From: a virus | IMG/VR virus record: IMGVR_UViG_3300020394_000003 | Location: 97,705 to 161,704 of that record | Reading direction: 5' to 3' (one strand) | DNA: 64,000 nucleotides | Shown: positions 19,910-28,747 of the stretch, piece by piece | How positions within the stretch are numbered: position 1 is the first letter of the stretch | Layout of the letters: every line of letters begins with the position of its first letter | Program-made: the position numbers and the translations under genes | The notes under the pieces: model-generated | Database searches by the model: none | What the model was told of the DNA's origin: nothing | Seen by the model: only the letters and a program-made list of their open reading frames with translations

Positions 19910-21730
19910 ATGTCATATAACTTATTGTCGGGTAGCGTTGAATTTATTGGCGAAACCCTAGGTACCGCGGAAGACCTAGTTAACACGCACGCAACGCAAA
20001 CAATTACTGGTGCGAAAACATTCACCAACCTCACGGCCTCATCTGAGGGCGATGGCACCGTTGGACTCACCGTAACAGGGGATCTAAATGTTTCTAACGA
20101 TCTTTCTGTTGCTGGTAACGATCTTACTTTGGCAGAGTATATCAAGCACATTGGTGACACAGACACGAACATACGTTTTCAAGATAATCGAATCGATTTT
20201 ACGGCCGGCAATAATGTTCTTCTAATGCTCGACTCGGCCGGAGGAACGATTGCAATCAACAACACAGCCGGTAACAGAAACTTTGTATTGAAAAGTGCAA
20301 CTTCTAACCAAGGGATGTACCATTCAGCGGCCAACCGCTCATTTTTATTTGGAGATATAAACGTAGTGCCGCAAGATAGTGAAGCACTAGTTCACATTAC
20401 AAGCTCATACCATGAGCACTCGCTGCTTACAGTTGGAAATAAGAAAAACCCAATTTTTGCAATATCGGGCTCCACAGGAGATATCGGCCAAGGCCCAAGG
20501 GTTATAATTACAGGAAGTCTTCTTGTTGGCGGATCCGATGCTGGCTCTGTAGAAACTAGGTTCGCCGGCGGTAATGTTATTGCCGCTGGTATTGTCACAG
20601 GGTCATACGGATTGAGGGGAGAGTTATTAAACGTCCATTCAGGATTAGAGCATGTCACTAATGGTGGTGAAAAGAAATTAGCTGTCAAGGCACACACTGG
20701 CATTTCTGTTGATAATAACGGCGTTGCAGTCGATGTAAATGGATTAACAGATGTGGGCTCAATCAACACTAGTACTACCAATCAAGATTTCATATGTGTC
20801 TCAGATTATTCTAACAGTAATGCCACAGCAAAAATGGGCGTTGGTGACCTGCTGGCACAGACCGTTGGATCAGTAGCCAATGTGGGCTCAGGCACCGGCC
20901 AGATTTATAAGACAACACTCAGTAGAGAAGTTAAACTTAAAAGAATTGCCCAAGGTTCGAATATCACAGTTACCAATGGTGCAGATGATATTACTATTGC
21001 CGCTACTGTTCCTACCGTCCCAATTACGACTTACAACTTTACCAATAACGAGCGACTGATTACATCAGTAAGCAATAATACTGTTAAAACAGAAGCCAAC
21101 CTTCACTGGAACTCGGAGAGGCTAATGGTGACAGGCTCTGTTTCTGCTACACAAGAACTAACTGGATTCCAACTACAAGTTGGCAGTGAAGAGGCTGGAG
21201 ATGATTGTATGGCAAAAATTAAGACAGAAGATGCCAACAAAACCCTCCTGTTATGTAAAAGTTCAGCACATGAAGTTATACTAGGTGTTACTGGCTCAAA
21301 CAAGGTTGTGGTCGGTGGAGCCCACTTTGATGGGGTTTTTAACGTATCGGGCTCAAACAATGTCCATTTGATTTCGCTTAAATCTGATAGCGAAAACCCA
21401 GCATTTTATGTAAGTGGCTCAGGTGATGCTGCTCTTTCTGGCAGATTGGCATTGAAATCCGACGGCACAGCAGATCCTACCGTATTAGCCAATCATGCAC
21501 ACATATATGCAAAAGATGTAGCAACTTCAGCCGAGGTTTTTGTTCGTGATGAAGCTGGCAACATAACACAAATCTCGCCTCATAACGAGGAAGGCGAGTG
21601 GCAATACTTCTCTAGAAACACACGCACTGGCAAAGTTGTCAGGGTAAATATGGAAAGAATGATTAGAAAATTAGAACAAATTACTGGTGAGTCCTTTATG
21701 GAAGAATGGTATGAGGACCCTACCGATTAA
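19910..21730 (+). CDS. Fibre-like virion protein
   Basis: QTITGAKTF fibre motif, many [VI][ST]GS beta repeats; N-terminus MSYNLLSGS resembles ORF 12763 (MGYNVLSGS). Confidence 0.65.
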   Translation: MSYNLLSGSVEFIGETLGTAEDLVNTHATQTITGAKTFTNLTASSEGDGTVGLTVTGDLNVSNDLSVAGNDLTLAEYIKHIGDTDTNIRFQDNRIDFTAGNNVLLMLDSAGGTIAINNTAGNRNFVLKSATSNQGMYHSAANRSFLFGDINVVPQDSEALVHITSSYHEHSLLTVGNKKNPIFAISGSTGDIGQGPRVIITGSLLVGGSDAGSVETRFAGGNVIAAGIVTGSYGLRGELLNVHSGLEHVTNGGEKKLAVKAHTGISVDNNGVAVDVNGLTDVGSINTSTTNQDFICVSDYSNSNATAKMGVGDLLAQTVGSVANVGSGTGQIYKTTLSREVKLKRIAQGSNITVTNGADDITIAATVPTVPITTYNFTNNERLITSVSNNTVKTEANLHWNSERLMVTGSVSATQELTGFQLQVGSEEAGDDCMAKIKTEDANKTLLLCKSSAHEVILGVTGSNKVVVGGAHFDGVFNVSGSNNVHLISLKSDSENPAFYVSGSGDAALSGRLALKSDGTADPTVLANHAHIYAKDVATSAEVFVRDEAGNITQISPHNEEGEWQYFSRNTRTGKVVRVNMERMIRKLEQITGESFMEEWYEDPTD

Positions 21731-21780
21731 CACAACAAAGAATTCACTAAAGCAAAAAATGTCATTTACGCTTTCTGCAT

Positions 21781-21788
21781 ACTAATTA
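21781..21788 (+). promoter_or_regulatory. Putative late promoter ACTAATTA (scaffold-capsid operon)
   Basis: Intergenic, before the scaffold gene. Confidence 0.65.
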
Positions 21789-21824
21789 ACATATGAAAAA
21801 ATATTTTTTTATAGGAGTAACTTT

Positions 21825-22937
21825 ATGTCTTCACTGTTAGAACAGGCTATTATCGATGCCACTGCATTAAAAGAGGCTGCATTGAAAAATGCCGAAGCTG
21901 CCGTGCTAGAGAAATACGCACCAGAAGTAAAGAAAGCTGTCGAAGCTCTTTTGGAGCAACCCGAAGACCCAATGGCAGACCCAACAGCTGCCATGCCCGG
22001 TGCAATGGAAGAGCCCGCCGGCATGGAAACGGATGTTGAACCAGACCTAGCGGCCACAGAGGGAGAGGACATGTGCCCCTGCCCAGATGAAGAGGAAAGC
22101 ACTGAAATGGTTATTGACTTTGATGAGCTATCTAGTTTTGTAAAAGGTGAGAAACCTGCCCAAGATCAACAAGATCTTGCAGCTGCCATGCCTCCCATGC
22201 AAGAAGAGGTCGAGATTTCAGACGATTTGCTAGATAATATCTTAAGCGCTCTTACTGAAGAAAAAGGTGAGAAGGGAGATGCTGATCCTCTTGATGGCGA
22301 ACGTGCTAAATTCGACAAGGACCACGATGGGGTTCCTGACGGAGCAGATAAAGATAAGGACGATCCTGATGTCAAGGAGTCCATTGATGAAGACGAGCTT
22401 ACTGCCATGGTTGAAAAGATGGTGGTAGATATGGCTTCTAAGAAAACAGGGTGGCTAGGCGTTTCAGAGGGTGACATGGCCCACGAAGCTGAACTTGAAC
22501 TAGCTCGCCGTCAATCAACAGAATTTAAAGAGGAAAACGAAGCTCTGAAGAAAGCTACTGCAGAATTGCAGGAAAAGCTTACTCGCTACGAAGATACTCT
22601 AAACAAGTTAAAGAATAAATTAGATGAAACCAATCTTAATAATGCAAGATTGTTTTACGCGAACCGCGTTTTGAAAAGTGGCTCCTTGAATGAGCGGCAA
22701 AAAAATAAAGTTGTCAATGCTATTTCAAAGGCAGGTTCAGTTAAAGAAGCGAAGGTCATTTATGAAACCCTTCAAGACACAGTGGGCTCCACGCCGGATC
22801 GCCGCGGACCACAATCACTGCGTGAAGCTGTTACTAGACCCTCTTCTATTATGTCATTGCGAGAAAATCGTGACCGACATGAAAAAGCTGATCCAGTTTC
22901 TGAGAGAATGAAACTTCTCGCAGGTATTAAAAAATAA
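21825..22937 (+). CDS. Prohead scaffolding/core protein (T4 gp22-like)
   Basis: Very acidic with a C-terminal coiled coil; lies immediately upstream of the major capsid gene. Confidence 0.8.
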   Translation: MSSLLEQAIIDATALKEAALKNAEAAVLEKYAPEVKKAVEALLEQPEDPMADPTAAMPGAMEEPAGMETDVEPDLAATEGEDMCPCPDEEESTEMVIDFDELSSFVKGEKPAQDQQDLAAAMPPMQEEVEISDDLLDNILSALTEEKGEKGDADPLDGERAKFDKDHDGVPDGADKDKDDPDVKESIDEDELTAMVEKMVVDMASKKTGWLGVSEGDMAHEAELELARRQSTEFKEENEALKKATAELQEKLTRYEDTLNKLKNKLDETNLNNARLFYANRVLKSGSLNERQKNKVVNAISKAGSVKEAKVIYETLQDTVGSTPDRRGPQSLREAVTRPSSIMSLRENRDRHEKADPVSERMKLLAGIKK

Positions 22938-22963
22938 CATTACATTCAAGGAGAAAATAAAAA

Positions 22964-24799
22964 ATGTCTATTCTTAATAAACTTACTGAAGGCATTGTCG
23001 AGCGTGACCTCTCCCGAGAGTCACATGCGCTTCTCACCAAGTGGGAGCGTACAGGCCTTCTTGAAGGTTTGACCAACGACCGCGACCGTAACGCCATGGC
23101 CCGTCTCTTAGAGAACCAAGCCAAGGAGCTACTTCGTGAGTCTACCAGCATGAGCGCTGGTGATGTTGAGGGTTTTGCCTCTGTTGCATTCCCCATCGTC
23201 CGTCGCGTTTTTGCGGGACTCGTTGCTAACGAGCTAGTCTCTGTTCAGCCAATGAGCCTCCCATCTGGTCTCATCTTCTTCCTCGACTTCAAGTTCAGCC
23301 CCAACATTGCTGACGCAAACGACCTTTCGACTGATGTTCGTACTGATGGTCTTTTTGGACAATCTAACGACAAGTCGATCTATGGTACAGACAAGGTAGG
23401 TAGCCAGATCACTGGTGGTGTCAACCTAGTCGGAACTTACGGTGATGATCAGTCTGGTCCTCGTACAACCGTTGGTTACGCATATGGTAGCCCCTCTGGT
23501 TCTGCAATTCTCGACGCCGCGGATTCTGATGTAAACCATCACCACGTTCGCGCTTGCTTCGCACTTAACAACGTTACTGAAGCTCAGAAGAAACTGATCA
23601 TGTACGATCCCGATCTTCTTGCCCTTTCAGGCTCTGGCACAGCTGCTGCTGTTCTCGTTGTTTCGGTCGACAAGAGCATTCTCACTAGTTCTGCTGGTGC
23701 GGAAGCTGACTTCGATAACCTTGGAGCGTTTAGCCTTCATGATATCAACAACTTTACTCAAGTTGGTACCGGAGCTAGGCAGGTTCGTCGCCTTACTCGT
23801 ATGCAGGATTCCGACGAGACCACCACAGAACGTGTTCTTTTCACTGTCGTAGGTGCAAACGGCGCCGCTGGTGTTAACCAATCTGGCGTAGCTGCTTCCG
23901 GTTCTATTGTTGGCGGATCTGACGTTACTATCCGATTCCCAATCCGTGATCAGCTTACTGCTTCCGACGCCCTCGGCGCGGTTGTTGGTGCTACACCTTG
24001 GGGACTTGAGAACGAAGCGTCGATTCCAGAAATCGACATTCAGGTTGACAGCATCGCTGTTACCGCACAGACCAAGAAGCTCAAGGCGAAGTGGACCCCC
24101 GAACTCGGTCAGGACCTCAACGCTTATCACAACCTCGATGCTGAGGTTGAGCTTACCAGCATTCTCTCTGAGCAGATCGCTCTTGAGATTGATCGTGAGA
24201 TCCTTGCTGACTTGGTTCGCGGCGCAACCGCTGCAACATACTACTGGTCACGTTCACCCGGTATGTTCCTGAACCGCGAAACTGGCCTTGAGGTTGGTGC
24301 TGCTTCTGCTGCCCCTGACTTCACCGGTACTGTTTCCGAGTGGTACGAGACTCTTGTCGAGACCATTAACGACGTATCTGCTCAGATCCATCGTAAGACT
24401 CTCCGTGGTGGAGCGAACTTCATTGTGTGTTCACCTGAAGCCGCTAACATCCTTGAGTTTACCGCTGGATTCCGTGCTAGCGTCACAGCCGATGACGAGC
24501 GCGGCACCGTTGGTGCTGTCAAGGTTGGCTCCCTGTCCAAGAAGTGGGACATCCATGTGGATCCTTACTTCCCACGTCAGGTCATCCTTGTCGGTCGTAA
24601 GGGCGGATCATTCCTCGAAAGTGGATATGTGTATGCTCCATACGTCCCGCTGCAAGTCACTCCCACCATCTTTGGACCAGAGGACTTCGTGCCCCGTAAG
24701 GGCGTGATGACTCGTTACGCCAAGAAGATGGTGCGTCCTGATATGTATGGCTTAGTTGTCATCCGTGGAATGGTCGGAGAGTCTGGCGCTACTAGCTAA
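22964..24799 (+). CDS. Major capsid protein (T4 gp23-like)
   Basis: LLENQ, VSVQPMSLPSGLIF, KLKAKWTPELGQDL, EIDREI, YAPYVPL, GVMTRY; strongly biased codon usage. Confidence 0.97.
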   Translation: MSILNKLTEGIVERDLSRESHALLTKWERTGLLEGLTNDRDRNAMARLLENQAKELLRESTSMSAGDVEGFASVAFPIVRRVFAGLVANELVSVQPMSLPSGLIFFLDFKFSPNIADANDLSTDVRTDGLFGQSNDKSIYGTDKVGSQITGGVNLVGTYGDDQSGPRTTVGYAYGSPSGSAILDAADSDVNHHHVRACFALNNVTEAQKKLIMYDPDLLALSGSGTAAAVLVVSVDKSILTSSAGAEADFDNLGAFSLHDINNFTQVGTGARQVRRLTRMQDSDETTTERVLFTVVGANGAAGVNQSGVAASGSIVGGSDVTIRFPIRDQLTASDALGAVVGATPWGLENEASIPEIDIQVDSIAVTAQTKKLKAKWTPELGQDLNAYHNLDAEVELTSILSEQIALEIDREILADLVRGATAATYYWSRSPGMFLNRETGLEVGAASAAPDFTGTVSEWYETLVETINDVSAQIHRKTLRGGANFIVCSPEAANILEFTAGFRASVTADDERGTVGAVKVGSLSKKWDIHVDPYFPRQVILVGRKGGSFLESGYVYAPYVPLQVTPTIFGPEDFVPRKGVMTRYAKKMVRPDMYGLVVIRGMVGESGATS

Positions 24800-24831
24800 T
24801 AGTAACGTTTAGACCTTAGAGTCCAAAATTT

Positions 24832-24867
24832 AAAGCCCTCTTTCTTCGGAAAGAGGGCTTTTGTTTT
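24832..24867 (+). terminator. Rho-independent terminator after the major capsid gene
   Basis: AAAGCCCTCTTTC-TTCG-GAAAGAGGGCTTT-TGTTTT perfect stem. Confidence 0.9.
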
Positions 24868-24875
24868 GCCCTCAA

Positions 24876-24883
24876 ACTACTTA
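24876..24883 (+). promoter_or_regulatory. Putative late promoter ACTACTTA
   Basis: Directly after the capsid-gene terminator. Confidence 0.65.
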
Positions 24884-24982
24884 CAGACGAACCTTGTATG
24901 AGGTTCATTCCAAGTTATTGCGCATATTAGAAATGCGGCCGTAATTTTACGGTGACACGATTATAAATGGAGGGTTTTTAAC

Positions 24983-25432
24983 ATGGGAAGTAAAAGAGTA
25001 GGACTCGCGAGAATGGAGTCTTTGGTTAAACAATTAAAAAGAGAATTGGCACTCGGCGCAAGCGCTGGTATTAAAATGGGAGCAGATGATTATCTTGTGC
25101 CCTGTTACCCTGATGCTGCATTTGAGGACGCCAGCGGATCAAATCCGGCTTTGTCAGTCGCATGCTATCACTCACGTTGGACAACAAGCGGTTCAAATGA
25201 TGATGCTACGTTGGCAGCCGGCACCGTGCTTGGTCAGATGAAAAAGATTACGCTGGTTTCCGATGGCGGTAATGGTACCGTCACAATCGCAGATCCGGTA
25301 TCCGCTAGTTTGGACGTTATCTCGTTTCAAGACGTTGGTGATACAGCAGAGTTGATGTGGAATGGTTCAGCTTGGAGAATTATCTCCCTGCATAATACTG
25401 CTTCTGGAGATACTGGTCCAACCGTCGCCTAA
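24983..25432 (+). CDS. Putative capsid decoration protein
   Basis: Beta domain TLAAG..LGQMKKI...GDTAELMWNGSAW, related to the shared fibre C-terminal domain; has its own promoter motif and terminator. Confidence 0.55.
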   Translation: MGSKRVGLARMESLVKQLKRELALGASAGIKMGADDYLVPCYPDAAFEDASGSNPALSVACYHSRWTTSGSNDDATLAAGTVLGQMKKITLVSDGGNGTVTIADPVSASLDVISFQDVGDTAELMWNGSAWRIISLHNTASGDTGPTVA

Positions 25433-25457
25433 ACAAACAAATAAGTTTTCATACTTT

Positions 25458-25490
25458 CCCCCCTTCCCATTCGGGTTGGGGGGTTTTTTT
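25458..25490 (+). terminator. Rho-independent terminator
   Basis: CCCCCC-TT-CCC-ATTC-GGG-TT-GGGGGG followed by T7. Confidence 0.75.
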
Positions 25491-25500
25491 GATAAAGTTT

Positions 25501-25508
25501 ACTATTTA
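25501..25508 (+). promoter_or_regulatory. Putative late promoter ACTATTTA
   Basis: Directly after terminator 25458-25490. Confidence 0.7.
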
Positions 25509-25537
25509 TAAAAGCACCTGTTTAAAAGGAGACTATT

Positions 25538-25909
25538 ATGGGTAAGAAAAGACGGGCACTCTCATCGCCCCAAAAATTTAAAGCTAGATACCGACAGTTG
25601 AGAGGCACCCCCTCTACTACGGCAAGTACGGACAACTCAGTAATGATTGCTAAACTAGCAGAACAAAAACAAAGGGAAGTAGAGACCCCTACCCCAGTTG
25701 TGGAAGAGGTACTAAACGCAGCAGAAGTTGAGCCAGCAGTTGAGCCAGTTGCTGAAGCTGTCGTAGAAACACCAACAGTGGCCCCTGCCGTTACAGCACC
25801 GACAATTAAGAAAACAAGCAGTACACGATCTAGAACTAGCACAAGAAAAAAATCTACGCGCACCCGTAGAACTAAGGCTAGTAAAGCAGACTCTACCAAA
25901 GCTGAGTAA
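25538..25909 (+). CDS. Low-complexity protein with basic Lys/Arg/Thr/Ser tail (histone-H1-like)
   Basis: Acidic EPAV linker followed by KKTSSTRSRTSTRKKSTRTRRTKASK; late motif at 25501; AGGAG RBS. Confidence 0.6.
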   Translation: MGKKRRALSSPQKFKARYRQLRGTPSTTASTDNSVMIAKLAEQKQREVETPTPVVEEVLNAAEVEPAVEPVAEAVVETPTVAPAVTAPTIKKTSSTRSRTSTRKKSTRTRRTKASKADSTKAE

Positions 25910-25934
25910 AACAAGCCGGTTTCTATATTGCCTA

Positions 25935-25942
25935 ACTACTTA
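25935..25942 (+). promoter_or_regulatory. Putative late promoter ACTACTTA
   Basis: Intergenic, before the neck gene. Confidence 0.6.
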
Positions 25943-25961
25943 TGCTTAGGAGGAATCATGC

Positions 25962-27212
25962 ATGGCTTCACCAACTCTTACACCGTCGAGCAATACTAGC
26001 GTATCGAGACTACCGCCCACTGGTACTTTGGGCGATGTAGCCTCGTCTTTACCATTTGGAATCTACTCATCAGAATCTGATTTTATTTCAGGAGCAGTAG
26101 ATCAGGTGGCTTACACTTACAAAAAGCTTGGTGGTGATATTTTAGATATCGAACTTAAGGCGACGAATGTATATGCCAATTATGAAGAGGCCGTCCTTGA
26201 GTACTCATACATTATCAACACTCATCAGGCTAAAAACGTATTGTCCGATGTTTTAGGCGCTACCACTGGAACTTTTGACCATGACGGTAATTTGAAATCA
26301 GGGCCAACCGGTGCAAACTTAAAGTTTCCTAGATTTGAATATGCATATGCAAAAAGAATTGCAGATGCTGCGTCTACAGAAGCAGGGGTCGGCGGCATTC
26401 TGACAGAGTATTCTGCTAGCTTCCAGCTTACTGATGGTGTTCAGGACTATGACTTGCAGACCCTACTGTCTGAATCGGCCAGCGATTCAAGCTCAGCATT
26501 TAATGGCCTGATCAACGACAACAAAGTTCAGATTAGGAGAATCTATTACACCTCTCCTAGGGCAATGTGGAGATTTTATGGATATTACGGCGGTGTAAGT
26601 GTTGTGGGCAATATGAACACTTATGGCCAGTTTGCTGACGATTCAACGTTTGAAGTAATTCCAACTTGGCAGAACAAAATGCAGGCGATTCAGTATGAAG
26701 ACTCGATTTACACAAGAACCTCTCATTATTCATACGAAATTATTAACAATAAGCTAAGATTGTTTCCTGTTCCAACAACTGACTTTGGGCCTTCTAAAAT
26801 GTGGGTTACGTTTACGGTCAAGAAAGACGTTTTTGAAGAATATAGCGATAGAAAATCCGGCATTGAAGGCGTAAACAACATGAACACCATGCCATTTGAC
26901 AACATTCCGTATGCAAACATTAACGCAATCGGTAAACAGTGGATTCGTCGGTTCGCCTTGGCACTCTCCAAGGAGACATTGGCGCAGGTTCGTGGAAAAT
27001 TTCAAACTGTTCCAATCCCGGGTGAAACAGTAACCTTAAATTCATCGGAACTAGCGAACCAAGCGCAAACAGAGCAGGAAAAATTAAGAACTGAACTAAT
27101 GCAATTGCTCGATCAAATGACATACTCTGCTCTCATGGAAGATGATCAGAAAATAGCCGATGCCGCCGCCGCAATCAATGCGACTGTGCCTTTAAAGATT
27201 TATGTGGGGTAG
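25962..27212 (+). CDS. Neck/head-completion protein (T4 gp13-like)
   Basis: Position after the capsid genes; KLGG.I.DIEL and WIRRFALALSKE.L..VRGKF..VPIPG..VTLN pattern. Confidence 0.8.
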   Translation: MASPTLTPSSNTSVSRLPPTGTLGDVASSLPFGIYSSESDFISGAVDQVAYTYKKLGGDILDIELKATNVYANYEEAVLEYSYIINTHQAKNVLSDVLGATTGTFDHDGNLKSGPTGANLKFPRFEYAYAKRIADAASTEAGVGGILTEYSASFQLTDGVQDYDLQTLLSESASDSSSAFNGLINDNKVQIRRIYYTSPRAMWRFYGYYGGVSVVGNMNTYGQFADDSTFEVIPTWQNKMQAIQYEDSIYTRTSHYSYEIINNKLRLFPVPTTDFGPSKMWVTFTVKKDVFEEYSDRKSGIEGVNNMNTMPFDNIPYANINAIGKQWIRRFALALSKETLAQVRGKFQTVPIPGETVTLNSSELANQAQTEQEKLRTELMQLLDQMTYSALMEDDQKIADAAAAINATVPLKIYVG

Positions 27213-27216
27213 TTAG

Positions 27217-27714
27217 ATGGGTGATGAAAACAATAAATGGTCACAACCAGACGCACCCCCTCCACCATTATTCACGGGTAAGAAAGAAAGGGATTTAGTA
27301 AAGCAAGTAAACGACGAATTGATTGAAAGAGTGATTGGTCAAACGATTGTCTATTATCCAATCGATGTCGAGCATACTGAATTTCATGATCTATATGGCG
27401 AAGCTCTACAGAAGTCCTTTCTGCCCCCAGTCAGAGTGTATGCGCTAGTTAATTTTGAAGGAATTGAAACAGAGTATAATGTAGGAGTTGGTTTAGACAA
27501 GACTTCTAGTATTACAGTGCATTTTCACAAAAGAAGATTAACGGAAGACCAAGACCTTTATGTCAGAGAGGGCGATTTTGTGCGTTATGGCAATATTTAT
27601 TATGAGATTGTAACGCTTTCTGAACCGAAACAATTATTTGGACAGATAGATCACAGGATTGAAATTTCTGCTAAATGCGTTAGAGCAAGAGAGGGATTGT
27701 TTGATGCCACCTAA
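27217..27714 (+). CDS. Head closure/neck protein (T4 gp14-like)
   Basis: Synteny; DLYGE...K.F and EGDFV.....YYEI pattern. Confidence 0.7.
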   Translation: MGDENNKWSQPDAPPPPLFTGKKERDLVKQVNDELIERVIGQTIVYYPIDVEHTEFHDLYGEALQKSFLPPVRVYALVNFEGIETEYNVGVGLDKTSSITVHFHKRRLTEDQDLYVREGDFVRYGNIYYEIVTLSEPKQLFGQIDHRIEISAKCVRAREGLFDAT

Positions 27715-28645
27715 ATTTATTACGCCCAAGGGAGAAAAAAGGAAGCTCGATCTAGAGAGTAAAACGCCACCAGAGGAAGTCGAATTTGAAATGGCGCCTT
27801 CAACTTTAGAAACCATCGACAGGGCCTTTTATGGTTATGTTGACGAAAGAATCGACGCATTTGTCACAACCGGAACAACATTCAAAAAAGTCCCAGTAAT
27901 TTGGCAGTCTGCCGAGCGCGCCTTTCAAATTAAAAGCGACAAGGGCGTGAGAGATAAGGACGGTAACATCAGAATGCCAGTGATCACAATTGAGAGAACT
28001 TCGGTTGTGAAAGATCCGCAGCAGCATGGTAAACTAGTTGCAACTTTGGCCCCACTAGAGACCGTTAATGGCGGGTCATGGACAGTAGCTAGAAGAATCA
28101 ATCAAGAAAAAACCGCCATGTTTGCCTCAAACGTATCTTTGAAAAAAACAGGCGGCGATATCGGCAAAGCAAGTCTCCCGAGCACAATGTCATCAAAGGC
28201 ACAAAAGTATTTTCCGGTTGATAATAAGCAGATCGTGTACGAATCAATATCAGTACCCTTACCAATATACGTAAACGTTAGCTACACTGTCATTATCAAG
28301 ACTCTCTACCAACAGCACATTAATGAAATTTTAATGCCGTTTATTACAAAAACAGGCAACTGGAATATTGCAGAAATCGAGTATGATAGCCACACATATG
28401 AAGCCTTTTTGCCAACAGAGTTTGGCGCAAATAATAATGTTTCCGACCTAGGAGAAAACGAAAGATTATTTGAAACAAAGTTCGATGTAAGAGTATTGGC
28501 CTACTTAATAGGGCAGGGTCCAAACCAAGAGGGCCCAGAGCAGGGAATCGTGGAGAATATTGTCAAAGTTCGACTACCCCGAGAGCAGGTGATATTCGAA
28601 GACCCACACCCCCGAGCACACAAGGACCAATTTTATAAAGAGTAA
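27704..28645 (+). CDS. Tail terminator/sheath stabiliser (T4 gp15-like)
   Basis: Lies between neck and sheath; VPVIW...ER, MPVITIER, P.P.YVNVSY motifs; ATG 27704 follows GAGGG (track start 27659). Confidence 0.7.
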   Translation: MPPKFITPKGEKRKLDLESKTPPEEVEFEMAPSTLETIDRAFYGYVDERIDAFVTTGTTFKKVPVIWQSAERAFQIKSDKGVRDKDGNIRMPVITIERTSVVKDPQQHGKLVATLAPLETVNGGSWTVARRINQEKTAMFASNVSLKKTGGDIGKASLPSTMSSKAQKYFPVDNKQIVYESISVPLPIYVNVSYTVIIKTLYQQHINEILMPFITKTGNWNIAEIEYDSHTYEAFLPTEFGANNNVSDLGENERLFETKFDVRVLAYLIGQGPNQEGPEQGIVENIVKVRLPREQVIFEDPHPRAHKDQFYKE

Positions 28646-28668
28646 AATGGAGATTCAGCCAAACGGCT

Positions 28669-28676
28669 ACTATTTA
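28669..28676 (+). promoter_or_regulatory. Putative late promoter ACTATTTA
   Basis: Intergenic, before the sheath gene. Confidence 0.65.
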
Positions 28677-28747
28677 TTATACGACAAGGCTCGATATGTG
28701 CAACACACATTGAATGAAGAATTTTAGTTTTAAGGAGTTAAACAAAT

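Noticed and set aside
11882-21730. Diversity-generating retroelement acting on the fibre C-termini
   Set aside because: No reverse transcriptase is present, and the paralogous domains are diverged at all positions rather than being near-identical repeats differing at adenines
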